Of a stretch of DNA of 32,000 bases, positions 18,096 to 28,790 are shown piece after piece (within the stretch, counting starts at the first letter, position 1; each line of letters starts with the position of its first letter). The notes beneath the pieces were generated by a model. The model ran no database searches. It was not told the DNA's origin and was given only the letters and a program-made list of their open reading frames with translations. Where the stretch lies: NCBI RefSeq assembly GCF_003324675.1, contig NZ_CP030918.1:1530001-1562000 (forward strand), given 5' to 3'. This stretch comes from Paracoccus suum. GTDB taxonomy: Bacteria > Pseudomonadota > Alphaproteobacteria > Rhodobacterales > Rhodobacteraceae. The position numbers were made by a program, and so were the translations under genes.

Positions 18096-19261
18096 CAGCG
18101 GCCGGCCCGCCCGAGGACGTCCCCGATCTCGCCCTGCGGGCGGGTTCGGGTCAGCGCCAGCAGCATCCCGACCGCAATCCCCGAGGCAATGACGGACGAG
18201 CCGCCATAGCTGACGAAGGGCAGTGTCATGCCCTTGGCCGGCAGCAGCCGCACGGCGACGCCCATGTTGATCAGGGCCTGCACGCCAAATGCGCAGGCAA
18301 GGCCAGTGCCGGCGATGCGGGCAAAGGGATCGCGCTCGCGCATCAGGCGCGTCAGCGAGCGGATGACGATAGTCGCATAAAGGGCGATGATGACGAGCAC
18401 CAGCACGAGGCCATACTCCTCGGCCGCAACGGCGATGATGAAGTCGGTATGCGCATCGGGCAGGGACCATTTCACCGTGCCCTCGCCGACGCCGACGCCG
18501 AAAAAGCCGCCCTCCTGGATGGCGTTGGTGGCATATCCGAGCTGCGTGCGCGGGTCGACATCGGCGGCCATGAAGCCATCAATCCGGCGGGCAAAGTGTT
18601 CCGAACTGTGGTAGGCGAGATACCCGCCGGCGGCGGTCAGCCCACCCACGGCCGCCAGCAGCGTCATCGGCGCGCCGGCAATGAAATACATCACGCACCA
18701 GCTGAAGAGGATCAGCGAAGCCTGGCCAAAGTCGGGCTGCATCGCCAGCAGCAGCACGATCACGGCCGTTGCGATGAAGCTGTAGGTCTTGCCGGGCGGG
18801 CCCCCAACCTCCTGGCTGGAGGCCATGAACCAGCCGGCCAGACACACGAAGCAAGGCTTGAGGAATTCAGACGGCTGCACGCTGGCAAAGCCGAGGCTGA
18901 TCCAGCGGACCGCGCCCTTGCCGAAGTCAGTGCCGATCACCGGCAGCGCCAGCAGGGCGGCGGCCGCGAAAATGAATCCAAGCACGCCAATGCGCCGCAC
19001 CTGGCGCGGCGACATCATCGAAATGACCAGCATGGCGATCAGTGCCATCCCGCCAAAGGCAGCCTGCCGCGTCACGTAATAGAATGCCGGCAGCCCGTTC
19101 TTCTCGGCGAGTGGAACGGACGCTGCCAGTCCCAGCAGCAATCCGGCGGCATAAAGGCCCAGGATGCAGGCCAGCGACCAGCGGTCGACGGTGCGCCACC
19201 ATCTGGGCAGAATCGGCTCGCCCGCCCGCGTGGGCGCTGCGCCAAAGACCATCTCCGTCAT
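18095..19261 (-). CDS. ftsW: SEDS-family peptidoglycan glycosyltransferase / cell division protein FtsW
   Basis: 388 aa, about 10 TM segments, [13 protein letters not shown] and [10 protein letters not shown] motifs. dcw context. Confidence 0.9.
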   Translation of the reverse strand: MTEMVFGAAPTRAGEPILPRWWRTVDRWSLACILGLYAAGLLLGLAASVPLAEKNGLPAFYYVTRQAAFGGMALIAMLVISMMSPRQVRRIGVLGFIFAAAALLALPVIGTDFGKGAVRWISLGFASVQPSEFLKPCFVCLAGWFMASSQEVGGPPGKTYSFIATAVIVLLLAMQPDFGQASLILFSWCVMYFIAGAPMTLLAAVGGLTAAGGYLAYHSSEHFARRIDGFMAADVDPRTQLGYATNAIQEGGFFGVGVGEGTVKWSLPDAHTDFIIAVAAEEYGLVLVLVIIALYATIVIRSLTRLMRERDPFARIAGTGLACAFGVQALINMGVAVRLLPAKGMTLPFVSYGGSSVIASGIAVGMLLALTRTRPQGEIGDVLGRAGR

Positions 19262-19520
19262 CGGGGTCCTGCTGTCACTGCCTCGGGTCCGCCCGGTTGA
19301 CCGGGTCTGAGGGGCAGATTAGCGCGGATTATTGCATCGCGCCACCGCTGATTGACTTGGTAAGGCTAGGACTGATGGGCGCTGTGTGGCCCCTGACCAG
19401 CGTCAGATGATTGGGAAGCGACGATGTATGGCGGGGGGCTATTGGCGAGTTTCGCCCGGCCGCCAAGCCAATGTGGACAGGAAAGAACGGCGAACGGCCC
19501 TCCCGACCATTCAGATACCG

Positions 19521-20936
19521 TCACCCCCGGGCTGTCGGCGACTCGAGCGCCGCGACCAGGGCTGCGAAATGCTCGCCCCGCTTCTCGAAATTCGGATACT
19601 GATCGAAACTGGCCGCCGCAGGGGCAAGCAGGACCGTCTCGCCTGGCTCGGCCTCGGCGGCAGCGTGGGCGACGGCGGCCTCCATCGTCTCGGCGATCTC
19701 ATGGGGGGTGTCCCCCAGTTGCAGGGCGAAATCGCGCGCCGAATGGCCGATCAGATAGGCTTTGACCACCGATCCCAGATGCGGCGCCAAGGCGGCGATG
19801 CCGCCATCCTTGCCCATCCCGCCGGCGATCCAGCGGATCTTCGGAAATGCCTGCAGCGCCTTGGCGGCGCTGTCGACATTCGTGGCCTTGCTGTCGTTGA
19901 CCCAGGCCACGCCGCCGATCTGGCCAAGGTGCTGGCTGCGATGTGGCAGGCCGGCGAAACTGGACATCGCGGCCTCGATCTCGCGCGGGGCGAGGCCGAG
20001 GGCGCGACAGGCGGCATAGGCCGCGCAGGCGTTCTGGTGGTTATGCGCGCCGGGCAGCCCCTTGACCTCGCGCAGGTCGATCGAAGCGACCTGGCGCCCC
20101 TTGCGCCATTCGGACAGAAAACCCTTTCGGGCCATGACCGCCCAACCGAACGCCTCGGGCTTGCCGGCCGACAGCACGCGAATGACGCGGTCGTCGGCCG
20201 GCCCTTCAGCCAATTGGTTCGCCAGATAGCGGCCCTCGACCTCGTCCACGCCGACCACGGCGCGGTCGGGTCCGCCCTCCGCAAAGAGCCGGCGCTTGGC
20301 CGCGAAATAGCCGCCGGGCCCGCCGTGCCGGTCCAGATGATCGGGCGAAAGGTTGGTGAACACCGCCACGTCCGGGGTCAGCGCGCGGGCCAGGTCGGTC
20401 TGATAGCTCGACAGCTCCAGTACAACGATCTGGCCATCCTCGGCCGGGTCCAGCGACAGAACGCCCCGGCCGATGTTGCCGGCCATGACCGCGTCACGCC
20501 CGGCCTCCAGCAGAATGTGGTGGGTCAGAGCGGTGGTGGTGGATTTGCCGTTGCTGCCGGTGATCGCGACAATCCGCGGCGCGGTGTCGAACCGGTCCCA
20601 GTCGGCGGTGGCATAGCTGCGAAAGAACAGGCCGATGTCGTTGTCGACGGGCACGCCGCGGGCCAGAGCCTGCGCAATCGCTGGGTGCGGCGCGGGATAA
20701 AGATGTGCGATCCCGGGCGAGGTGACCAGCAAGCTGACGCCGTCCCAGGCCGCATCGCGGGTCAGGTCGGCGAGCACCAACCCCTCGGCCTCCGCGGCAG
20801 CGCGCGTTTCGGCGCTGTCGTCCCATGCGACGACCCGGGCCCCGCCCGCCACCAATGCCTCGACCGTGGCCTGCCCCGAGCGGCCTAGCCCCAGGACCGC
20901 GACGGTCCGATCTGCGACGTCCTGGACCGGGATCAT
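19521..20936 (-). CDS. murD: UDP-N-acetylmuramoylalanine--D-glutamate ligase MurD
   Basis: Start [23 protein letters not shown] (Rossmann), then [11 protein letters not shown]. 471 aa. The 100-codon upstream extension in the ORF track is rejected. Confidence 0.95.
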   Translation of the reverse strand: MIPVQDVADRTVAVLGLGRSGQATVEALVAGGARVVAWDDSAETRAAAEAEGLVLADLTRDAAWDGVSLLVTSPGIAHLYPAPHPAIAQALARGVPVDNDIGLFFRSYATADWDRFDTAPRIVAITGSNGKSTTTALTHHILLEAGRDAVMAGNIGRGVLSLDPAEDGQIVVLELSSYQTDLARALTPDVAVFTNLSPDHLDRHGGPGGYFAAKRRLFAEGGPDRAVVGVDEVEGRYLANQLAEGPADDRVIRVLSAGKPEAFGWAVMARKGFLSEWRKGRQVASIDLREVKGLPGAHNHQNACAAYAACRALGLAPREIEAAMSSFAGLPHRSQHLGQIGGVAWVNDSKATNVDSAAKALQAFPKIRWIAGGMGKDGGIAALAPHLGSVVKAYLIGHSARDFALQLGDTPHEIAETMEAAVAHAAAEAEPGETVLLAPAAASFDQYPNFEKRGEHFAALVAALESPTARG

Positions 20937-20998
20937 GCCATCACTCCGCGAGGTTTCGGCGAGGGCTACACCGCCCCAAGGGCGGGCGGCAAGCAGAC

Positions 20999-22081
20999 TT
21001 AGCGCAGCTTCAGCGTCGCCAGCCCGATCAGCGCCAGGATCACCGAGATGATCCAGAAGCGGATCACGATCTGGGGCTCTGCCCAACCCTTTTTCTCGAA
21101 ATGGTGGTGGATCGGCGCCATCAGGAACACACGGCGGCCGGTGCGCTTGAAATAGAGGACTTGGATGATGACCGACAGGGCCTCGACCACGAAGAGGCCG
21201 CCGACGATGCCGAGGACCAGTTCGTGCTTGGTGCATACTGCGATGGCGCCCAGCGCGCCGCCCAGGGCGAGCGAGCCGGTATCGCCCATGAACACCGCGG
21301 CGGGCGGGGCGTTATACCACAGGAACCCGAGGCCGCCGCCGATCAGCGCGGACAGGAAGACCGCGATCTCGCCGGTGCCGGGGACGAAGTGCACGCCGAG
21401 GTAGTTGGCGAAATTCGCATTGCCGACGAGGTAGCTGATAAGGGCAAAGGTCCCGGCGGCGATCATCACCGGTCCGATGGCCAGTCCGTCCAGCCCGTCG
21501 GTCAGGTTCACCGCATTGGCGGCGCCTACTATCACGAACATCGCGAAGGGCACGAACAGGATGCCGAGATTCAGCGTCGCCTCTTTCACGAAGGGAAAGG
21601 CCAGGCGCCAGCTGAGGGCCTCGGGGTGCAGCCATGCGGCGGCGGTGGCGGCGAGCGCGGCGATCAGGAAGCCAAGGCCCAGCCGCACCCGGCCAGAGAC
21701 GCCGGCGTGGTGCTGCTTGGTGACCTTGGCGTAGTCGTCGGCAAAGCCGATGGCGGCAAAGCCGAGGGTGACCAGCAGCACGATCCAGACATAACCGTTG
21801 TCCAGCCGCGCCCACATCAGCGTCGCGACGGTCAGCGCGGACAGGATCAACAACCCACCCATGGTCGGCGTGCCGGCTTTGACGAAATGTCCCTCGGGGC
21901 CGTCGCTACGGATCGGCTGGCCGCGCTTTTGCTTGACCCGCAGCCAGTCGATCAGCGGCCGGCCAAAGATGAATCCGAACGCCAGCGCGGTCAGGAACGC
22001 GCCGCCGGCGCGAAAGCTGATGTAGCGGAAAAGGTTGAAGATATCGCCGCCGTCCGACAGCGAGGTGAACCAGTAGAGCAT
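20999..22081 (-). CDS. mraY: Phospho-N-acetylmuramoyl-pentapeptide transferase MraY
   Basis: Kx[20 protein letters not shown] and HHHFE motifs. 360 aa. Confidence 0.97.
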   Translation of the reverse strand: MLYWFTSLSDGGDIFNLFRYISFRAGGAFLTALAFGFIFGRPLIDWLRVKQKRGQPIRSDGPEGHFVKAGTPTMGGLLILSALTVATLMWARLDNGYVWIVLLVTLGFAAIGFADDYAKVTKQHHAGVSGRVRLGLGFLIAALAATAAAWLHPEALSWRLAFPFVKEATLNLGILFVPFAMFVIVGAANAVNLTDGLDGLAIGPVMIAAGTFALISYLVGNANFANYLGVHFVPGTGEIAVFLSALIGGGLGFLWYNAPPAAVFMGDTGSLALGGALGAIAVCTKHELVLGIVGGLFVVEALSVIIQVLYFKRTGRRVFLMAPIHHHFEKKGWAEPQIVIRFWIISVILALIGLATLKLR

Positions 22082-22083
22082 CT

Positions 22084-23469
22084 TTAACCCTGTTCGTGAG
22101 AGGGCGGGCTTTGCCGCGCCTGCCGCAGCGCGTCAACCACCGACGCGACGCGCGAGGATTTGGAGCCCTTGATCAGCACGATATCGCCGGTCCGGGCCAG
22201 ATCGCCGGCGCGCGCGCGCAACTCGGCCGCATCCTCGGCCCAGATACCGCGCTTGGCCGGGGGCAGGGCGTCCAGCAGCGCGCGCATGCGCGGCCCGCAG
22301 GCATGGACCAGATCGACCGAGGCCATGGCCGGGTCGCCCGCCATCGCGGCATGCATCGCGATCTCGTCCGGCCCAAGCTCCAGCATGTCGCCAAGGATGG
22401 CGATCCGCCGGGCACCGGGCAGGCGGGCCAGCATGGCAAGGCCCGCGGATAGCGAGGCCGGATTGGAATTGTAGCTGTCGTCGAGCAGGGTCACCCCGGC
22501 CAGACCCTCGATCGCGCCGCGCCCGGCATAGGGGCGCCAGTTCGCAAGGCCGGCCGCGGCTTGCAGGGGATCGACGCCCAGCGCATCCAGCGCCGCCAGA
22601 ACGCCGACTGCGTTCAGTGCGAAATGCTCGCCCACCGATGCCAGTGAGAACGTGATCGGGCGGCCGCCGATCTGCGCCTGCACCTCGGTCTGGCCGGCCC
22701 GCGCCTCGGCCGCGATCAGACGGTTGTCGCCCCTGTGGCCAAAGCTGCGGACCTCGGCATTCGCCGCGCCCTCGCGCAGGATCGGCGTGACCGCCAGTCC
22801 CTCGGGCAGAACGGCGATGCCCGCTGGCTCCAGCCCGCGAAAGATGGCGGCTTTTTCGACAGCGATCTCGTCGATGCTGGCGAAAGCTTCCAGATGGGCG
22901 GCGGCGACGGTGGTGATCAATGCGACATGGGGCCGGGCCATGCGGGCCAGCGGCTCGATCTCGCCGGGGTGATTCATGCCGATTTCGAGGACGGCATAGG
23001 AGGTATCTCGCGGCATTCGTGCCAGCGTCAGCGGCACGCCCCAGTGATTGTTCAGGCTGGCCTCGGCCGCGTGCACGCCTGCGGGACCGGTCGGCAGCTC
23101 CTGCAGGGCTGCCACCGCCATGTCCTTGGTCGAAGTCTTGCCGACGCTGCCGGTGATCGCCAACACCCGCGCGCCGGTTCGCGCCCGCCCGGCGCGCCCC
23201 AGCGCCTCCAGCGCGGGCAAAACCTCGGGCACCAGCAGCAGCCGGCCGGGATCGCAGCCCTCGGGGACGCGCGAGACGAGGGCCGCTGCGGCGCCTTTTT
23301 CCAGCGCGGCGGCGACGAAATCATGGCCGTCGCGGACGTCGGTCAGGGCGACAAACAGATCGCCCGGACGCAGCGTGCGGGTGTCGATGCTGATGCCACT
23401 GGCTTGCCATTCGCCGGTGACCCCACCGGTCGCGGCTGCGGCGTCGGCCGCGGTCCACAGCACGCTCAT
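22084..23469 (-). CDS. murF: UDP-N-acetylmuramoyl-tripeptide--D-alanyl-D-alanine ligase MurF
   Basis: [13 protein letters not shown]-loop and Mur ligase domain order. 461 aa. ATGA overlap with murE. Confidence 0.93.
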   Translation of the reverse strand: MSVLWTAADAAAATGGVTGEWQASGISIDTRTLRPGDLFVALTDVRDGHDFVAAALEKGAAAALVSRVPEGCDPGRLLLVPEVLPALEALGRAGRARTGARVLAITGSVGKTSTKDMAVAALQELPTGPAGVHAAEASLNNHWGVPLTLARMPRDTSYAVLEIGMNHPGEIEPLARMARPHVALITTVAAAHLEAFASIDEIAVEKAAIFRGLEPAGIAVLPEGLAVTPILREGAANAEVRSFGHRGDNRLIAAEARAGQTEVQAQIGGRPITFSLASVGEHFALNAVGVLAALDALGVDPLQAAAGLANWRPYAGRGAIEGLAGVTLLDDSYNSNPASLSAGLAMLARLPGARRIAILGDMLELGPDEIAMHAAMAGDPAMASVDLVHACGPRMRALLDALPPAKRGIWAEDAAELRARAGDLARTGDIVLIKGSKSSRVASVVDALRQARQSPPSHEQG

Positions 23470-24941
23470 ATGCGGCCATCCAGCGCGGCGACGGCGACCG
23501 ATGCCTGTTCGGCATCGTCAAAGGGATAGACGTCCTGGCCGATGACCTGTCCCGATTCGTGGCCCTTGCCGGCGATCAGCAGGGCGTCCCCGGGTTCGAG
23601 CGCATCGACGCCGCGCAGGATCGCCTCGGCGCGGTCGCCGATCTCGACCGCGTCGCGGCCGGCGCCGGCCATGACCTCGGCGCGGATTGCCGCCGGGTCC
23701 TCGGTGCGGGGATTGTCGTCGGTGATGTAGACGACGTCGGCATGGGTGCGCGCGGCCTCGCCCATCAACGGGCGCTTGCCCCGGTCTCGATCGCCGCCGG
23801 CGCCCAGCACGACCACGATCTTGCCCATGACATGCGGACGCAGCGATTTCAGGGCGGCGCTGACTGCGCCCGGCTTGTGGGCGTAATCGACAAACACCGC
23901 CGCGCCATTCGCCCGGCGGGCCGCAAGCTCCATCCGGCCGCGCACGGTGGTGAGGCCCGGCAGGGTGCGCACCACGGCCGCCGCATCCTCGCCCGATGCG
24001 ACCGCGAGCGCCGCCGCGGCCAGCACATTCTCGGCCTGAAAGCCGCCGATCAACGCCAGCCGGACCATGTGGGTGCTGCCCCAGCCCGCAAAGCGCAACT
24101 CTTGCCCGGTCGCGTCATACCGCTGCCCGAGGATGCGCAGATCGGCATCCTCGGCGGTCCCGATGGTGGTCAACATCAGCCCGCGCTCGCGTGCCAGCCC
24201 GGCAATCTCGCGGCCGCGGGTGTCGTCGATATTGGTGACGGCGGCTTGCCCCGGCTCCAGCAGGCGGGTGAACAGCTGCGCCTTTGCGGCGAAATAGCTT
24301 TCGAAATCCTTGTGATAGTCCAGGTGGTCTTGGCTGAAGTTCGTGAATGCCGCAGCCTCCAGCCGGACGCCGTCGAGGCGGTGCTGGTCCAGCCCGTGGC
24401 TGGAGGCTTCCATCGCGGCATGGGTGATACCGGCATCCGCCGCCTCGGCCAGGATGCGGTGCAGCGTCACCGGCTCTGGCGTGGTGTGGGCCAGCTTTGC
24501 CGTGAAATCGCCCTGCACGCCCATCGTGCCGAGGCTGATTGCCCGCTGACCCAGGGCCTGCCAGATCTGGCAGGTGAAATTGGCGACCGAGGTCTTGCCC
24601 GAGGTGCCGGTCACGGCCACGACATGCGCCGGCTGGCGCGCGAACCATAGCGCCGCCGCGCCCGACAGCGCGGCGCGCGCGTCCTCGGCAACGATCAGCG
24701 CGGCGTCGCTCAGATCCGCCAGTTGGGCGGCGCCGGCGCGGTCGGTCAGGATCGCCGCCGCGCCTTGGCGCAGCGCATAGGGCACGAATTCGGCGCCATG
24801 CACGATGCTGCCGGGCAGCGCTGCGAAAAGATGACCCGGGCGGACCTGCCGGCTGTCGGTGCTGATCCCGGTAATCAAAGGATCGGCCCCGCCTCGCGCC
24901 CTCAGTCCCAGCGTCCCGAGGCTGCGTGTCGTTTCGGTCAT
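23466..24941 (-). CDS. murE: UDP-N-acetylmuramoyl-L-alanyl-D-glutamate--2,6-diaminopimelate ligase MurE
   Basis: VTGTSGKTSV P-loop and DNPR motif (ITDDNPRTEDP), which is typical of meso-DAP-adding MurE. 491 aa. Confidence 0.95.
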   Translation of the reverse strand: MTETTRSLGTLGLRARGGADPLITGISTDSRQVRPGHLFAALPGSIVHGAEFVPYALRQGAAAILTDRAGAAQLADLSDAALIVAEDARAALSGAAALWFARQPAHVVAVTGTSGKTSVANFTCQIWQALGQRAISLGTMGVQGDFTAKLAHTTPEPVTLHRILAEAADAGITHAAMEASSHGLDQHRLDGVRLEAAAFTNFSQDHLDYHKDFESYFAAKAQLFTRLLEPGQAAVTNIDDTRGREIAGLARERGLMLTTIGTAEDADLRILGQRYDATGQELRFAGWGSTHMVRLALIGGFQAENVLAAAALAVASGEDAAAVVRTLPGLTTVRGRMELAARRANGAAVFVDYAHKPGAVSAALKSLRPHVMGKIVVVLGAGGDRDRGKRPLMGEAARTHADVVYITDDNPRTEDPAAIRAEVMAGAGRDAVEIGDRAEAILRGVDALEPGDALLIAGKGHESGQVIGQDVYPFDDAEQASVAVAALDGRI

Positions 24942-24987
24942 CTCTGGGCCTTCCTGTGGTCAGTCGCGTGTCAGCCGCGGGGCGGCC

Positions 24988-26790
24988 TCAGTTCGAGACC
25001 AGCTTTAGACCGTCATCCGGCGCGCGTTCAACGGTCGGCAGCGGCGCCTTGACCTCTGGCTGCAGGCCAAGAAGGGGGGCGACGCGGCGGACCAGCTCGG
25101 CGGCGACGGGCACGGCGGTCGTGCCGGCGACGCGGCTCTCGCCCCCGCCCGCGGCGGACGTCGGCTCGTCCAGGGACAGCACCAAGGCGTATTTCGGCCG
25201 GTCGACCGGAAACACGCTGGCAAAGGTCGAGACCACCTTGTTGCCGTAGTAACCGCCGCCTGGGCGCGGCTTGTCGGCGGTGCCGGTCTTGCCGGCGATG
25301 GCGTAGCCCTCGACCTCGGCCTGGCGGGCGGTGCCGCGTACCACCACCTGACGCAGCAGGCCCAGAGCGGTGCGGGCCGCGCCTTCGGAAAGGACGCGCG
25401 GCCCCTCGGCGCGGTCACGCCCGGCAATCAGCGTCGGGCGCACCTGACGGCCGCCATTGGCGAGCGTGGCATAGGCCGAGGCGAGGTGCAGGGGCGATGC
25501 CGCGAGGCCATGGCCGAACGCGACCGTGGCCGAGGTGACGGCCGGCCAGCGGCTCGGCACCAGCGGCTTGCCGGTCGGCGCCTCGACCATCTCGACCGGC
25601 GTGGCCTCGAAAAAGCCCAGCTTGCGCAGGAAATCCTGCTGCCGCTCGGGTCCAAGCATCTGCGCGATGCGGACCGTGCCGACGTTCGAGGACTTGACGA
25701 TGATGTCGGTCACCGACAGCGCCGCGCCATAGTTGTGGAAATCGCGGATCAGGTACTTGCCGATCTTCATCGGCGTCTTGGTGCTGACCATGGTGTTGGG
25801 GTTCAGCAGCTTCAGGTCCAGGGCCTGCGCGACCGGAAAAATCTTGAAGGTCGAGCCAAGCTCGTATTGCCCCTGCACCGCGCGGTTGAACAGCGGGCTG
25901 TCGCTGGCATCACCCTTCAGCAGCGGGGCGGGACGATTGTTGGGATCGAAATCGGGCAGGCTGGCCATGGCGATGATCTCGCCAGTGTGGACATCCATCA
26001 GGATGGCGGCGGCACCCTTGGCGCGCATGACCTTCATGCCGTTGCCGAGCACTTCCTCCATCGCCTGCTGGACGGTCAGGTCCAGCGACAGCTGCAGGGG
26101 TGAGCCCTCGTTGCCGGGATCGCGCAGCCAGGCGTCGAACGCCTTTTCGACGCCCGCGACGCCGACCACCTCGGCGCTGCTGACGCCCTCGGCGCCAAAG
26201 CCGGCGCCGCCGAGAATATGGCTCGCCAGCTTGCCGTTGGGGTAAAGCCGCATCTCGCGCGGGCCGAACAGCAGGCCCGGATCGCCGATGTCATGCACCG
26301 CCTGCATCTGCTCGGGCGACATCACTTTGCGGATCCAGACGAACTTGCGCGTGCCGGTGAAATCCTTGGTCAGCCGGGCGACGTCGAGGTCGGGAAAAAC
26401 CTTGCCCAGCTCGCGTGCGGCGCGGGCCGGGTCGACCATCAGCGGCGGCTGCGCATAGAGCGAATGGGTCGTCAGGTTGGTTGCCAGCACCCGGCCGCGC
26501 CGGTCGGTGATGTCGGCCCGCTGCGAGATGATGCGTGCGCCGCTGGCCTGGGTGCGCGGCTCGGATGGCTGGCTGGCGGCAAGGCTGCCCATCCGCACGC
26601 CCACCGTGCCGAAGGCGATGACAAAGCACCCGGCCATCACCCCGAGGCGTGTCCGGGCGCGCCGGCGGGCGTTGGTCTGGATCTCGGCATGGCGGGCGGC
26701 GCGGTTCTCGGCCTCGATCGCATCGGGGTTCTCGCCCTTGTCACGGGCGCTGAGGATGCGGGCGAGGGGGCGCAGCGGGGTGCGGATCAT
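24988..26790 (-). CDS. ftsI: Class B penicillin-binding protein (FtsI/PBP3-type transpeptidase)
   Basis: SxxK (GSTFKIF), SxN (KSSNVG) and KTG (GKTGTA) motifs, with an N-terminal TM anchor. Start at MIRTPLRPL (cat at 26788-26790), overlapping the ftsL stop as ATGA. Confidence 0.9.
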   Translation of the reverse strand: MIRTPLRPLARILSARDKGENPDAIEAENRAARHAEIQTNARRRARTRLGVMAGCFVIAFGTVGVRMGSLAASQPSEPRTQASGARIISQRADITDRRGRVLATNLTTHSLYAQPPLMVDPARAARELGKVFPDLDVARLTKDFTGTRKFVWIRKVMSPEQMQAVHDIGDPGLLFGPREMRLYPNGKLASHILGGAGFGAEGVSSAEVVGVAGVEKAFDAWLRDPGNEGSPLQLSLDLTVQQAMEEVLGNGMKVMRAKGAAAILMDVHTGEIIAMASLPDFDPNNRPAPLLKGDASDSPLFNRAVQGQYELGSTFKIFPVAQALDLKLLNPNTMVSTKTPMKIGKYLIRDFHNYGAALSVTDIIVKSSNVGTVRIAQMLGPERQQDFLRKLGFFEATPVEMVEAPTGKPLVPSRWPAVTSATVAFGHGLAASPLHLASAYATLANGGRQVRPTLIAGRDRAEGPRVLSEGAARTALGLLRQVVVRGTARQAEVEGYAIAGKTGTADKPRPGGGYYGNKVVSTFASVFPVDRPKYALVLSLDEPTSAAGGGESRVAGTTAVPVAAELVRRVAPLLGLQPEVKAPLPTVERAPDDGLKLVSN

Positions 26791-27254
26791 GGCTGGCTCT
26801 CCGGGTCGGCGGCTGGGGCGGGTTGCGAGGCGGTCTGGTCGGGTGCTGGGGCTAGATCGGGGTTTGGCTGCGCGCTGACGGAGGGACGGCGGGGCGGTGC
26901 GCCTGGGTTCTGCGATGGCCCTTGCCATGCCTCTGCGGGTGCCCCCGGGTCAAGCGCCGGGGCACCTGCGGGCGGAAAAGTCACCTGCTTGGGCGTCACG
27001 AACTGACCCGGCGTCAGCGGTGCCAGATGCAGCTTGTCGAAGTTGAGGTTCACCAACTGCGCCAGCCGGTCCGGCCGGTTCAGATAAGCCCATTCGGCAC
27101 GCAGGACACCCAGCCGCTCGCGCAGGCCGGCGATCTCGGTCTGGACTGCCTGCATGCGGTCGATCTGCGCCTGCGTGCTGTAGTTTTCGCGGTAGGCCCA
27201 GAAGGCGAGGACCATGACCACCAGCGCCGTGACGAGGAACAACAGTGTGCGCAT
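26787..27254 (-). CDS. ftsL: Cell division protein FtsL (alphaproteobacterial type)
   Basis: Position between rsmH and ftsI. A single N-terminal TM segment (LLFLVTALVVMVLAFWAY) is followed by a coiled-coil-like segment, then a Pro/Ala-rich tail. Confidence 0.7.
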   Translation of the reverse strand: MRTLLFLVTALVVMVLAFWAYRENYSTQAQIDRMQAVQTEIAGLRERLGVLRAEWAYLNRPDRLAQLVNLNFDKLHLAPLTPGQFVTPKQVTFPPAGAPALDPGAPAEAWQGPSQNPGAPPRRPSVSAQPNPDLAPAPDQTASQPAPAADPESQP

Positions 27255-28267
27255 CAGCGGCCCCTCCGGCGGGCGCCCGACTGCTGGGCGGGACGATGAT
27301 GGCTGGGCCGTGCATCAGGCAGGCGCGGGACGGCCAGCGCATCGGGGTCAGTGCGCCCCGCTGAGGCATCGCTGCGGATACCGACGCGCAGCAGCGCGCT
27401 GCGGGCGCGGGGGTTGGCGGCCAGCTCGGCCTCGTCCGGGCCGATGGCGCGGCGGAAGGGCAGGGTAAATGCCGGGGCGACCTTGGCGGCCTCGGGGGCG
27501 TGGCGACTGCCGCCGCCCACCGCGCCCGCGCGCTCGGCGAAAAACCGTTTGACCACCCGGTCCTCGAGGCTGTGAAAGCTCACCACGGCCAGCCGGCCGC
27601 CGGGCTTCAGTGACCGCTCGGCCGCCTCGAGGCCGGCCAGCAGTTCGCCGAACTCGTCGTTCACCCAGATGCGGATGGCCTGAAAGCTGCGGGTCGCGGG
27701 ATGACTCTGCCCGGGCTTGGGCCGTGGCAGGCAGCCTGCGACCACCTCGGCCAGCTCGCTTGTGCGGCTCATCGGGCCGGCCCGCTTGATGGCGCGGGCG
27801 ATGCGGCGGGCGGCGCGCTCCTCGCCGAAATGGTGCAGGACGTCTGCGATCGCCGCCTCGTCAGCTTCGGCCAGCATCTCGGCCGCGGACGGCCCGTCGC
27901 TGCCCATGCGCATGTCCAGCGGCCCGTCGCGCATGAAGGAAAAGCCGCGCTCTGCCTCGTCGAGCTGCATCGAGCTGACGCCGAGGTCCAGCACCACGCC
28001 ATCCACCAGCCCGCCCGCGAGCCCGTCGAGGTCCGAAAAAACGCCCTGCACCAGCTTCAGGCGCACGCCATATTCGCCAGCCCAAGGCTGGGCGAGGGCC
28101 AGGGCGGTGGGATCGCGGTCGATGCCGATCACCTCATCCGCGCCCGCCGCCAGCAGCGCGCGGCTGTAGCCGCCGGCGCCAAAGGTGCCGTCGACCCAGC
28201 GGCCCGCCACCGGCGCGACCGCGCGGATCAGCGGGTCGATCAGGACAGGGACATGCGGCGCGTCCAA
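27254..28267 (-). CDS. rsmH: 16S rRNA (cytosine1402-N4)-methyltransferase RsmH (start codon uncertain)
   Basis: [25 protein letters not shown] and SFHSLEDR motifs. There is no in-frame ATG upstream of the conserved HVPVL. 28267 is a TTG just after the mraZ stop. The maximal ORF (TTG at 28342) would overlap mraZ by 71 nt. Confidence 0.88.
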   Translation of the reverse strand: MDAPHVPVLIDPLIRAVAPVAGRWVDGTFGAGGYSRALLAAGADEVIGIDRDPTALALAQPWAGEYGVRLKLVQGVFSDLDGLAGGLVDGVVLDLGVSSMQLDEAERGFSFMRDGPLDMRMGSDGPSAAEMLAEADEAAIADVLHHFGEERAARRIARAIKRAGPMSRTSELAEVVAGCLPRPKPGQSHPATRSFQAIRIWVNDEFGELLAGLEAAERSLKPGGRLAVVSFHSLEDRVVKRFFAERAGAVGGGSRHAPEAAKVAPAFTLPFRRAIGPDEAELAANPRARSALLRVGIRSDASAGRTDPDALAVPRLPDARPSHHRPAQQSGARRRGR

Positions 28268-28271
28268 AGCC

Positions 28272-28790
28272 TCAATCCCCGGCCGGCGCGGCAGAGGGGG
28301 GCGCCGCCGACAGCAGCGACAACGGATCGGCCCCCGGCGCAAAGGTCGGCATGGATGCCTCCATCTCGCGCAGGTCGGTCTCGTATCTCTCGGGGGTGGA
28401 GAGGCGCAAGTAATCGCCCAGCGCGACGAACAGCGCCCGATCCCCGAGGCCGATCTTTTCGCGCAGCTTCTGGGGCAGGACCAGCCTGCCGTCGCCGTCG
28501 ATCTCGGCTTCTTCGGACAGGCCGAACATCATGGTCTCAAGGTAGTTACGCTCGGGAGAGCCGATCGCCTTGGTCGCGATCAGCGCGTCGATCTGGTTGA
28601 TCGCCTCGATGGTGTAAAGGCGCAGCTGGGTCCAGTTTTCGAACCCGTACACGATGACCAACTGGGCGCGGCGACCGGCCTCGAACTCGGGATCGCAGGC
28701 CTCGAACACGCGGCGAAACTTGGCCGGGATCGAGAGACGGCCCTTGCCGTCCACCTTCACCTCTTCCGAGCCTCTGAACCTGCGCGCCAC
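28272..28790 (-). CDS. mraZ: Transcriptional regulator MraZ
   Basis: Duplicated SpoVT/AbrB-like MraZ repeats ([14 protein letters not shown] and [14 protein letters not shown]). GTG start at 28790 preceded by GAGGGA. First gene of the dcw cluster. Confidence 0.9.
   Translation of the reverse strand: MARRFRGSEEVKVDGKGRLSIPAKFRRVFEACDPEFEAGRRAQLVIVYGFENWTQLRLYTIEAINQIDALIATKAIGSPERNYLETMMFGLSEEAEIDGDGRLVLPQKLREKIGLGDRALFVALGDYLRLSTPERYETDLREMEASMPTFAPGADPLSLLSAAPPSAAPAGD

Noticed and set aside
19440-19510. 23-codon minus-strand ATG ORF (MVGRAVRRSFLSTLAWRPGETRQ) in the murD-ftsW gap
   Set aside because: No SD, no hydrophobic segment, and too short to evaluate. It is mentioned only under the gap finding.
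19386-22087. 500 aa (19386..20888) and 420 aa (20825..22087) + strand ORFs
   Set aside because: They are antisense to murD and mraY. They show low-complexity Arg/Gly/Asp composition, and the opposite-strand genes are certain.
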